A stretch of 64,000 bases of DNA from Batkoa obscura. Taxonomy: Eukaryota. Under the pieces are notes generated by a model. That model saw nothing but the letters and a program-made list of their open reading frames with translations. It was not told where the DNA came from and ran no database searches. The stretch is from positions 620,001 to 684,000 of the forward strand of contig JASVEC010000029.1 of NCBI GenBank assembly GCA_030770535.1, written 5' to 3'. Of this stretch, positions 39,456 through 52,718 are shown piece after piece. The position numbers and the translations under genes are program-made. Position 1 is the first letter of the stretch; every line of letters starts with the position of its first letter.

Positions 39456-42304
39456 TATTAATTATTTGTTTGGAAATAAAAGTCAAAGTAAATGAAATAA
39501 ATATGTTATTTATATTAATTATTTTTTATTATAAATCAAAATAAAGTTATTTAATAATTATAGTAATAGTAAAATTTAGAATTCAAAATTTCTACATCAA
39601 TTAATTAATTTAATTTATTTTTTATTACATAAAACTAAACTGAAGTTACTCAATTTAGTAGTTAATTTATTAATATTCTAATTTAAACATATATTTATTG
39701 AGTTTATAATAAATTTAACATTTATCAAAGTTTCTTTTAAATCTTTATTGTTTTTTATAATTATAAATGATTAATTTCTTAATATTGTTATACATTTGAT
39801 ATTTTTATTAGGATTTCTACTTTTAATTAAGATTTATACAGAATTGTTTTATAACAATAATATTTCGAGATTATCAAAGTTATTATTATTTAAATTTATC
39901 TATCTGTTAAAAAACTTAGAAATGTAATTTTTTAAATTGACAAAGAATTATTAAAGAATTGACAAATTAAAAAAATTAAAAGACAAAGTTTTTGAAAAAT
40001 AACAATGAGTTGCTTGAAATTAAAAATTTGTTAGATAAAAAAATAAACAAATAAGAATATGAAGAGGATTTCATATAAATATTAACTTTAAAATCTAATT
40101 CAATTGAAAAGAAACATTCGACATTAAACTTAATTAGTGTTTACTATTAATTTTTTAAATAAAATTTATATAGAAACTTATAAAAAGTATTAGTACTTTC
40201 AATTTAATCAAATTTAATAAAAATTTATATTATTTATTTATTCTTACGAATAAATAGTTTTATTTTCCTACAAATCCCCAAAACAATAAATCTTAAGAAT
40301 TTGAAAATCCAATTTTCAGAATTGGTGGTAAATTTTTTTAAAATGTTATCAAGTAAACCAATCATTTAAGAATTATAGAAAATTTGTTTTTAATATTCAA
40401 CCCACAATTTTAATAAACTTCATTCTTCAAAAACATATAAAAACCTCACATCTTTCATTTAAATTTTTTTTTATTGAGATAATTTTAAAGATCATTTAAT
40501 CTAAAAGTTTTTACTTTTAATTAAGTTTCAAACTGAAGATGTATTAATGGTGATGCCTTATAATTATGTCATGGAACAATGTATTAAGAGTAATTTTTAA
40601 TTTTGAGGATTAGAAAATTTATTTTTTATTGAATCAATATTAAAGGTTTAATTGTTGAGTTCGTTTGAAAGATAGATTTTATTTAACTTAGATTTACTTG
40701 AGTCTTTTCGAAGATTCGTAATGAAAAGTGATATTATTTTGATTTCTTGCTGAATTCCTTTTATTCTAATATTATTCTTTTTACAGATCGATATATTCTA
40801 TATCCTTTCGGATGTACTATGTGCATGTGATAGTTGGGAAAAACCATATCGATTACATTTAATAATTTTTATAATTACTTTTAATAAACAATTCATTTTA
40901 AAATAATCTCTTCAATTTACCTTTTTTATTGATATTTCTCTTTTTTCAATTTCTTTCGTTAAATCATTTCATTCAAACTTTATTTTTATTAAATACAAGT
41001 TAATTACTCTGTACATAAGGATTAAATAACAAGCTATAAAGGTATCTAAAAATAATTGAGTTTGAAAAGAATTTCAATGTCGTTTAATTAGTTAACGGTA
41101 TATATAGTGCATATCAATAATAGAGATATACCTTTGTTGAATGATCCTAATAGAGTAATTGAATAAATATTTATGAAATAATTCATTAGTTGATTTCAAT
41201 TTCAAAATGAAGTCTACTTGTTTCTAAGTAAGTTTAACCTCATCAATTATAATGTTTTGATAAAACAATAAAATGATAATAATAATAATAATTTTTGTAT
41301 TTATACTTATTAAATTTAAATGTATATTATAGGAATTGATTTATAATATATTACTTATTAATTCATTTATTAAACTTATGGATTATAACATGAAAGGAAA
41401 AGAAAAAAATTTAAATACTGTTAATGCTAATACAAAACCAAAATTAACTCTTAAAGATTAAGACATAATTAGTACTCTGCTCTGGTAAGTCAATTTTATA
41501 TTAAAATAATGGCTATAAAAGAACATATATTATTCAAAATAAATACTATTATTAAGTAGGAAATGCTGCTTATCAAATACATATTCGATTAAACTCGGTT
41601 ATAAAGATTTAAATAAGAGACTATAAGATATATGTAAGATGAGTTAATTAACAATAGTATTATGATAACATTCAACTATTCTATAGTATTTAAAGTGTGT
41701 GTTGTTAGTAAAGAAACACCTTCTACAACAGAAAAAACATAAATAATATTCCTAAAGGTATTAAATAATGACCTGATTTTAAAAAATAAGAAACAAGTTA
41801 ATAATAAACTACTTCATTATAAATCGTTCTATTTTTTACTTTATAAATTAATAAATAAATGTTTATAATCTTTACTATTACATTAATTCATAAGCCTATA
41901 TTATATAATTCCGGAGAATTAATGGCTTATATAATATGAATCAATTATTTACTATTTTATTTTTCAATTTTTCTTTTAATTTAAAAAAAAAATAGTTGCT
42001 TTCTATTAAGTAGGTAATTATAAATACTTCAATAATACAATTATTTACCTAACATTATGGAATTTAAAGTATTTAATATCAAATTAGTAGCTTTTATTAA
42101 GTATCATAAAAGAAGTATATGTATTCTTTATACTAAGGAAATTTGTATATAATTTTCTATGAAGTTTTATTTATAGACAATGGTTGTTATCTATAGATAG
42201 AAACGGATTATTATCAAAGTATCGGAGTTGATTGTTATAATAAAAATTGTGTTAATTTATTTTTAACTTTTATATTAAAAATAATAAATTCCACATAAAT
42301 GATT

Positions 42305-42344
42305 TAAAATTCGATAAAATTCGATAAAATTCGATAAAATTCAA
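42305..42344. repeat. Tandem 10-bp repeat (TAAAATTCGA) x about 4
   Basis: Read directly; last unit degenerate. Confidence 0.85.
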
Positions 42345-42677
42345 TTATTATTTAATATAAAAATAATGTATTTATGTATTTAATATAAAAAACTCACCTT
42401 TTTAAATGTAAAATTATATATAACTATTGTTAAAAGAATACTACTAATAAAAAATATATAATATTTTATAGTCTATGTATTAAAAGTAACAGATTAATAA
42501 CAATAACAATGACATCAATAGATATTTAAACCATTTAATTCTATTGGTGACATCATTTTAATTATAGGGTTTAGAATAACTTTTACAGTTGAAAGATAAA
42601 ACTCTAATTTTATAAATTAACTTCAATATACCTTTTGCATTAATAAATTATTAGAACAATAAAAGTAAAATATCAGA

Positions 42678-44263
42678 ATGGAAACTAAGATGGGGAAAGA
42701 AGTAGCGGAAATTAATGAATTAACCCATGAGTTTACACCTAAACAATATGAGTTACCAATACCAGGAACAGAAGGCAAATTATTTGATCAAAAAAATATT
42801 TTAAAAAATATTCATTTTTATATTAAAACGGGGCTTGTTATAATTATGTTTATATTTTCAGCTATTGTTATTAATTCATTACAAATCATATGTTTACCAT
42901 TAGCTTTATTTAATCGAAAAAAATTTGATAATATAATTCATTTTACTCAACAATTATTTGGTATATCTATGGTTGCTTTTCATCAACTTTTTGCACCTAC
43001 TAGTTTTATTTTATATAAAGATAGTTCCATTGAAGAATCTTTATATTCTCAAACTCCTTTAGATCCTGCATCAATTGATTCACCTGAAGATTATAAAACG
43101 AAATTAAATTTACCAGAGAGATTATTACTCATTTGCAACCATCAAGTAATTATTATTTTAAACTTAAAAATTATTATATTATATTATATTATATTATATT
43201 ATATTATATTATATTAATTAAATGATTTTTTTTAGCTTTATTCTGATTGGATTTATATATGGTATAAAATTGAATATTTGATTTAAATGAAGATAATTTA
43301 TATTATTTAGGTGTTTTTCTTATTTTGCTAGAAGACATGGAGATTTAAAAATTATATTAAAAAAAAGTTTAGCCAAGATACCAGTATTTGGATGGTAAGA
43401 ATAAATAAAATAAAATATAAATAAAATAAAATATTTAATATAAATTATTATTTTAGGGTAAATTATAATAAATTCAATTAAATAATACAGTAGAATATTA
43501 ATAAGAATTATTATAAATAGGGTATGTGGTTTTTTGATTTTATATTTTTAGAACGTAATTGGACAAAAGATGAATTTAGTTTTATGAAACATATGAAGAA
43601 ATTAAATCAATCTATTAAACCAATGTGGCTATTAATCTTTCCAGAAGGTACTACATTAACTGGAGATACAAGATATAAATCTAAAATATTTGCTGAAAAA
43701 AATGGTTATGTAATTATTATTATTATATCTTATTATTATATATTATTATCTATTATATATTATATTTAACTAATATATTATTTAATATTTAGGAAACTTA
43801 TAAGCATGTATTATTACCTAGAAGTCTTGGATTATTTAAATGTATTGAATCTTTAAAAGAAAGTGTAGAATATATTTATGATATAACTATTGGTATACCT
43901 GGAGTAAAAGCAGGTGAATCTCCACAATATATTTATACATTAGCTTTAATGTATGTAATTGGATTAAATCCTCAACAAATTCATATACATATACGTCGAT
44001 TTAAATTAAATGAAATACCTATTGATGAAGATGAATTTGGTAATTGGCTACGACTTAGATGGAAAGAGAAAGATGAATATTTAGATCATTTTTATAAACA
44101 CGGTTGTTTTCATGCTGATGTACAACATCAACCTTCAATTATTAATGTTTCTTTAAGACATTTTTTTGAAATTTTTCAAATTCCAATACTCTTTTTAACT
44201 TGGGTTATTATTATAATTTTATTTTATTATATTATTATACCCATTTATAATCAAATTTTTTAA
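42678..44263 (+). CDS. Lysophospholipid acyltransferase (Cst26/LCLAT1-like), multi-exon
   Basis: CNHQLYSDW (H-x4-D), KIILKKSLAKIPVFGWGMWFFDFIFLERNW, IFPEGT, HVLLPR, IYDITIG, FGNWLRLRWKEKD. Confidence 0.9.
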
Positions 44264-44547
44264 TTTTAAAATTATATTGAAATTTATATAAAATAAATAA
44301 TAAATTTTATTTAATTTTTTTAAATTAATTTAAATTTCATTTATATTTTATAATTTTATAAAATTATATTATCTTATTTTATTATAATTACTTTTTTGAA
44401 TGAATCTTTAATACTTAATATATAATATTTTTAATAATTAATATTTTTAATTTTAATTTTTGTTTTAAAAGTCTAATTTTTTTGTACATTTATTTTATAC
44501 AAAAGAGTGATTTATTTATCTTATAATTAGATTTTCATTTAGATAGA

Positions 44548-46087
44548 TTAGTTCTTTTTAACCAATTTAAGTAAGGCTTCAGTAGAAAGAGATTTTGGAC
44601 GTTCAAGTGGTAAACCTAAAGCACGATCCCAAATAAGTTGAGATAATACACCAAGGGCACGTGATACACCAAATAATACGGTATAATAATCTTGTTCAAC
44701 AAGTCCATAATGTTGTAATAAGACACCAGAATGGGCATCAACATTTGGCCATGGGTTCTTAGTTTTACCATGTTCAGTTAAAATACCTGGTACTAAGTTA
44801 TAAAGTTTGCTAACTAATTGGAACATTGGGTCTTCTGGTAAATGTTTAAGAGCAAATTCACGTTGACAGGTATATCTTGGATCAGTTTTACGTAAAACAG
44901 CATGACCATAACCTGGTACAACTTGACCAGATTTAAGAGTAGACCAAATATAATCCTTAATAGTTTCATCACTGGCATCATTACCAACTTGAGCTTGCAT
45001 TTTTTGAGTCCAACGGAGAACTTCTTGGTTAGCAAGACCGTGGAGTGGACCAGCTAAACCATTAAGACCAGAAGCGAAAGAAAGGTAAGGATCAGAAAGA
45101 GCGGAACCAACTAAATGAGTAGTATGAGCAGATACATTACCACCTTCATGATCACTATGAATGGTTAAGTATAAACGCATAAGTTCAACGAAATCTTTGT
45201 TTTGAGAGAAACCTAAAAGTTTAGCTAAATTGTGACCATAATCAGCATCAAGGTCAATTTCAGCTAATTTACCATTCTTATAAACATTTTGGTAAATACG
45301 ACCAGCAACATTTGGAAGTTTAGCAATAAGATCCATGGAATCTTCATAAGCAAAATCCCAATATTTAGATTTATGGATACCTTGTTGATAAGCTTTGGCA
45401 AATTTACTATCATGTTGGAGAGCAGTAACAGCAAGGGAGAACTGAGACATTGGGTGTAAAGTTTTTGGTAAAGAATCAATAAGCTCTTCAACAAATTTTG
45501 GAATTTCAGAACGAGCAGCCCATTCTTTAGAAAGAGCGCGAGTTTGAGAAGCAGTTGGTACTTCACCAGTTAACAATAACCAGAAAAGAGATTCTGGTAA
45601 TGGTTCAGAACCACCTTCAGCAGCTGGAAGTTTTTGTTGGCATTCTGGGATGGTATAACCACGGAATCTAATACCTTCTTCAGCATCTAATACTGAACCT
45701 TCCCAGATCATACCTTTGATGCCACGCATACCACCATAAGCCTATATTTAATTAACATTTATTTAAATAAATTATATAATTTAACTTACCATATCTACAG
45801 TGACTTCACCTAAGGATTTGGATCCATACTCAGCTTTAACATGCTTTACTTCAGCTTGTTTTTCAGGGATAATCTCAGCGAGTCTATCTTTTAAGCCCTA
45901 ATGTATGGTTAGTTATTATAAATATAAGTTAAATATAAGTTAAATATAAACTTACTGAAGCAGAGGCAGAAGAATAAAAACGAGATGGGATAGCAGAGCG
46001 GGTAGCGCAATTCTAAATATAAAGATAAGTTAAGCACGATAATTGTGAATGAAATATTACCTTAAATAAAGAAACTAAACGAGTCAT
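44548..46087 (-). CDS. CIT1: Mitochondrial citrate synthase
   Basis: [57 protein letters not shown]; three short 5' exons encode the presequence. Confidence 0.98.
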
Positions 46088-46865
46088 TTAATTTTATATT
46101 AAAAAAAACGTTTCGTTTTTGATATTTCATCTTTTATATTTTTTTCATAATCTAATGAATTTTAAATTAACCAATCATACTCGGAGTATGGAATTTGCAT
46201 TTGGTTATCTGATTCGCCTACTATCACCGTTCATTCCACTATATTCTTTTTTGGATGGTTAATTATTTAGCTTTTTAAATGCATAGCTAATATTTCATTA
46301 AATCAAACTTTCAATATCAGTCATGAGCCTTTAAATCCTATTAAGCATAATAAAGCACTTAAGTCTAGTTTTATAACAATAAACTAAAGGCAGTCGTCTC
46401 CGACTTATCTTTGAACATTGATAATATTTAAGTCACGTTATTTTTTCGGTTTAAAACTAGGAAAAATGGGTGATTTGAATGTAATAGCCAATAACATTAC
46501 TTTCTTTTCTAGTTTGGGGAAAGAAAATTTTAATAGTTTATCCAATAAATTATGGATGCCTCTATCTGATGTCATAAAAAGTAGATTTTCTTGAGTTCAC
46601 GTCTTAAAAAATCCTTTAAAAATTGCAATTTCAATTTCTTAAATTAATTTTTCAATCAAAATTAAACTAAAGGATCTGCCCAAAGTAATAAATGCGAAAA
46701 TGATGGTAATTTTAAGTCCAATTGAAGTTAGAAAAAACAGGATTTCTTTTGGAATTAAATTAAGGTTATTATGGAGTTTTACTGTTAGAATGAAATCATG
46801 AATAGTATAAAATAAAGCGTCAATAGTTAACAAAGTTCTTTCTTTAAAATTGTATTAAGATAAAG

Positions 46866-47097
46866 ATGTCTGAGGTAATAATTATTGACAATATAAAATT
46901 TGATTAATGAATATAACTAGTATTAGAAATCCAATAAAAATTTGTGTCAAAAAGAAGCTTGTCAATTACAAACTTGTTTACAAAATAAACAATATCAAGA
47001 AGCTAAGTGTCAAGAATATATTACTGCTTTAAAAGAGTGTTGCAAAAAAATTTTAGATGAAGGAAAAACTTCCACTTGTTGTCCAAAAAAATTGTAA
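46866..47097 (+). CDS. CMC4: Cx9C mitochondrial IMS protein Cmc4 (MTCP1/p8); not in ORF track
   Basis: 9-nt first exon MSE, then LCQKEACQLQTCLQNKQYQEAKCQEYITALKECCKKILDEGKTSTCCP. Confidence 0.88.
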
Positions 47098-47298
47098 TAG
47101 TAGCTATGAAGATTGTAACCTTTTATTAAAGTATTCAACCCACTGTTTAACTTTACCCTTGTGAACCTATGTATTATTACTAAGATTGAGTATATGATAA
47201 AATTATTATGTTAATAAAATATGTAGCTTTAATAAGTCTGTTTAAATATATTCTAGAAATAGTAGAAATTAAAGATAAAGACACTCAAATAACTATAA

Positions 47299-48483
47299 TT
47301 AATATTTATTGATTTCTTTTAAAAGAGATCTTTTGAGATAAGTTTGATTTTTGTTAACAATATTGACCACTTTAATTTTAAGCTCCTCGCTTAGCTTAAA
47401 TAAGGTATTTTTTAGAATGGATAAAAGTAAATTGGAAAGCTTGATATTCTTATTGATTTGTAATGATTCATTAGCTATTAAGTTTAATAAGCCTAAACTA
47501 GCCTTTGAATTTAATTTATAATTTAGCTTCATTAATATGAATTGAAATAATGATAACATTATATCATCGGTAATACTAACCTTATCACTCCCGCAATGAG
47601 TAATCTCTCTTTATTTGTGTTAGTACAAAATTTTAAATATAAATAATATTACTCAATAAGCTTTTCAAAATGAGATTCGTTATATGCGAATGTCATTGCT
47701 TTACTTATGATATCAAATGTTTGTTCATCTAAAAAAAAATTAGATGAAATTTAGGCAAACAGTCGAAATTATATTACTTAATTTCTTATTAAGGATCATA
47801 GGAAGAATGATACCATTAATTGAACATAGTGGTCGTTGATTAAAGAGCTGATTTAAGCAATGAATTAAATCTCTAGGATACATCACTTGTTTAAAAAACT
47901 TTTAAAAGTTTAGTTTAGATTAAGTAAATCTTTAAATCGAGATTACTTTTGGTAATAAAATTGTAGCAATTAAACTTTCAAACTCAAGGTTAGAAAGTTC
48001 AGCCTTATCTAAGAATAATTGACATGCCTCCAAAACAATCTCTTCATCCATAGATTCCCATTTAAGTTCTATTAAATAGTTCTATAAAAATATAACTTGA
48101 TGTACGTTTATAATAAATTATCCTACTTTAAATTCGGGGCAGTTTAAAAACTTTGAAAATAAAACTTTAAAATTTTTCATTTTCATTTCATCGTTTGTAT
48201 TAGTTAGTAGCTTCAATTTCTCTAAGGCTTTTTTTTTAAGATAGTCATTTTATATTTATAAATAAAAAATAATTACTAAGTTCACATTCATTTTTAGATT
48301 TTGAATTGTCAACTTCAGTCACATCTGCCTTTTTAAATTTTTTAGGTTGTTGAATATTTGCAGCGTATAAAAAGTTAAAGATATTAATTGTCAATATTGG
48401 TTTAGACTTTAAAAGGATATAATCAATGGGGATTGCGTTTGAATATGTGTATTTTTTGCTCGTACTATTTGAACTCGTTTCAT
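47299..48483 (-). CDS. Hypothetical multi-exon protein
   Basis: Several open segments on the minus strand bounded by plausible GT-AG introns; no family recognised. Confidence 0.5.
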
Positions 48484-48795
48484 TTAAATTAATAAACCAA
48501 AAAAGATAAGTTAAAAAAAAGGTTTAAATCACGAAATAACTCAAAGAGCCAATAATTCCCATAATAATTTAAGATCCAAAATTTTGTATTTTTCTGAATT
48601 TTAAATATGGGTAGCCGATTAAGGAGAATTCTTTCACTTCCCAGAAATAACAGTGACAGGTTGAAGGTAGGTCATAGTATTATAAAAGCATCCAATATAA
48701 AATCCAAAAGTATTAACAAAGAGATGAAACAATGGACTTATAAAAAAGAGATGACATAAAATAGATGGAAAATTACTAGTCAGAAATCTAATTGA

Positions 48796-49301
<506 letters not shown>

Positions 49302-50342
49302 ATAAATTAATAGGATTCACGATATTTAAAATAAATATGTTTGAATTGGAATTGTCGAATTTAATTAAAAAAAGTTAATAGTGAACGTAATTGTTGAAAT
49401 TATTTAACCGTTTAATATTGTTAAGCAGATTTTTATTAAGTAAATTAGAATAACAAACTACCAATATCAATAAATATTACGAAGTTCGAAGAATTGAAGC
49501 TTTTAACAATTGTTTACAGAAGCAAATAAATTAATGTGACGAGTATATAGGCCAAAAGTACAATTATAGGTTAATAGTCTGAATATTCATAATCTATATA
49601 TTTGAAGCATTATTTATAATATTTTAGGAGACTTTTTATTTATTTAAATCTAATATACGAGAGCTTGTTACATTATGTTATATTGCTCCAAATATCATTT
49701 ATAGTATATTCGTTTTCATAGTTTACAGTTAAAGAATGTCAAGCCATATTCATTTGATTAATAAACAAAGTAGAAACAAATGAACATCAAATAAAGGTTC
49801 ATTTAAATTTCATTTTAGTATAATCGTTTATTAAATTATAAGTAAAACTTTTATTTCTTAAATACCAAATATTCAATGATGTCTTTGCCATAATACTTTG
49901 TTCGTTTTTTAAGGAATTTAAAATTTAATAAATATTAGATAAATATTTGAAATACAAAAGCATACCCATATGAGGAGTATTAATATTTTATTCATTTCAA
50001 AACTTGATTTTTCATAACAATTCAGTCAATTATTGAATAAATTTATTGGGTTATATAATATATAAACTTCAAATCTACTATTTATTAAACCATGAAATAA
50101 ATATTGATTAAGATATATAGGTTGAATCTTTATGTTCCAATGTTATACATTTTTTAAATTTGAAAATTGAAAATTTTAATAATTTTAAATAATCATTTTC
50201 ATGTTAAAGATCAAAGCTCAATAGTCAAATTTTAATTTAATTTTAATTTAATAAAAGTATGAAATGTTTAGAACTAGTTTATAATAGTAATCATAGTCAA
50301 GATCTAAATAATATGTGAATGCTTTTACCAATATTTATTTAA

Positions 50343-50449
50343 TATGAGGATGTATTTTTGTTTAAGAATCTTACTAACAAATTTTCCACTCAAATAGAAT
50401 AGCGCTTAAAAGATGGAAAAAGTGATGAAACCAAAAAAACACCCCCATA
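50343..50449 (+). mobile_element. MITE copy 6
   Basis: TA-TGAGGATGTATTTTT...AAAAAAACACCCCCA-TA; contains an internal AATAG duplication. Confidence 0.85.
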
Positions 50450-50676
50450 TAATTTAACAAACAACAGATTTGAAGTATATTGGACTATGGGAATTAATTA
50501 TTTAATATCAATCAAGTTATCATATAAAAATTAAATAATACAAGTTTGAAGGGATTATAGAACAGCTATCGCTTTTTTACTATTTTAAAACTAGTCAAAT
50601 TAAATTAAACTTAAGCTAATAGGGGTTTATTTTTTGTTTAAACTTTAAACTATTCACATCAAAATTTTAAGTTGAG

Positions 50677-52089
50677 ATGGAGTATACTATAGTGGAATAT
50701 GATCCTAATTTACCGTTTAAACGAGGCCGAGTGAAGCTAAAAAATCAAAAAGGTAGGATGGAGGTGATATATAACAAAATTCAACTAATCGAAGATTATT
50801 TATTAAAATTGAAGTTAATTAATGACGTTAATGGAAATCAATTGAGAAAGGATAATCATAAAAACAGCCACAATAAGATTTACAACTATTTAATATGGGT
50901 TACAGGAGTATTAAAGGATAGGAATGCACTTAATGACAATAATAGCAATAAAATAGATACTATTATTTCCAAGTTTATCAAAGATTGGAATGAAGCTACA
51001 TGTCAATATTTTTCCGATTCCGGTGTTATATTAAAAAAAGAATGTGAACTAAATACCCTTGGCTTCAATGGAAGTTTTATTGAGTCGGAAATTATGTATT
51101 ACTTTAAAAAGACAGACCCGTTTATGTTTTGGAGTGATACTTATTATTTAACCTCTGTATTCAAAAATGAAGGAAATAATAATTTAAAGCTAGCGTTTTT
51201 ATTGATTTTTTTAAGGTTTGGCGGTAAAAAGAATCAACAAGGAAGTCAATGGGCTTATCAAAGGCTTAAAAAGGAAGTGTCCAGCCTATATTTAATACAA
51301 ACCTTTGAGAATTTATTAACATTGATTTTGTTGGCTTTTTATGAACTTTCATACAATAGTATTTTTAAATTTAAAGCTAGATTATCAGCAGCTATCAATT
51401 ACGCACAAACTTTAGAATTGTATAGATTAAGTTCAGGTGAGGTGTCATTTGGAGTCAAAAACAACACCCAACTTTCACTCTACAAAAAAATATGGTATAA
51501 TTTACTATTAGTATCTTTTACTCTTGGGACTTGTTTAGATGAAAAGGCAATAGGTTATTCATTTGATGATATTCAGTTTAACACTTTAATTTAGAAAAAT
51601 AATACTTCCCCTTTCAAAGTTTATTTTCCAGTTTCTAAGTTTGAATCTGTAACTGTAATTCAACAAGTTCAAGCTAATCCTAAAAGGATTTATACAATAT
51701 ATAAGCAATTATTTCATCTGGTTGATATTACACGAGCTAAAATGAGAAATATGCCACTAAATTATCTTAGATTCATTTTGGGTACTACTAAAGAAAAACG
51801 AATACCCTATCTTTCTGAATATGCTTTAAACCGAATCAAGCAATTTCATCCTACCCTTAGCTTAACTTTAATTCATACTAAAATTGAAAAAATAGCTTTC
51901 TAGTTAAATAAATATCACCTTACCGAAAATTGGTTAACTTTTGGACCGACTATGGCCCTTTCATTGTATCTTTGTATGATTACACCTCCGATTAGCTTTA
52001 ACATTATTTTGATTCCTATCCTAAACTTTTTGGAAATGGGTCCCATAGCTAACATATGTTATGATCAGATTCTTGTTCATTCATTTTAA
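50677..52089 (+). pseudogene. Fungal transcription-factor middle-domain-like gene with two in-frame TAG
   Basis: YYFKKTDPF, IQTFENLLTLILL, AINYAQTLELY, YKKIWY resemble Fungal_trans; frame stays open past TAG 51592-94 and TAG 51901-03 to TAA 52087-89. No Zn2Cys6 cluster seen. Confidence 0.6.
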
Positions 52090-52718
52090 AATAAATAATC
52101 GTAATAGTGTAAACTTCTCTATATGCTTATTTAATTTATATTGTTATGTAAACATGTTTAAATAATCTTGATCAGGCGAAAGTAACAGCTTCAAATGAAG
52201 ACTATAATCAATAACTAAAGTAGCCCTTTAATAATTAATTAGCATATGATCCAAGAATACTAGTTTACAAATTTTTGGTTTTTATATTGAAATAATTCAA
52301 TCCTATTATCTGTATCGATATTTTTCGAGTAGTAAACATAAAATTTAAATTATTATTTTGATTTACTATTGGCATTTGAAATCGATCACAACATTATTTA
52401 ACATTTTATTTAAATACAACTATTAAAAATAAATAGGTTAAATATTCAACATTGGTTCGATTTACGCAAATCGGAGTAAGTTACAGCTGGTAAAATCGCA
52501 AAATTAGGATTCGACGTTAGCCAATCAATTCAGGTCTAATTCTTAGATTATCGATCTAATCCTGATAAGATTAAACGGGTGATTGGAGGAAACATTTAAA
52601 GTATTGACATCAAATAATTGCTAATTCAATTCTTCAAGTTACTTGTGGGTTTATTTGACCATAAAGTAATTGACTATATATTGCATTTGTACAATAAATT
52701 AATTATAATTTTATTAGA

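Noticed and set aside
46200..46833. RNase P/MRP or other ncRNA, and the 64-aa ORF, between CIT1 and CMC4
   Set aside because: No conserved-region motifs recognised; the ORF starts at a non-ATG codon with no similarity.
48316..48323. Homol-D box (CAGTCACA) for RPL40
   Set aside because: About 490 bp from the ATG and inside the neighbouring gene's coding region.
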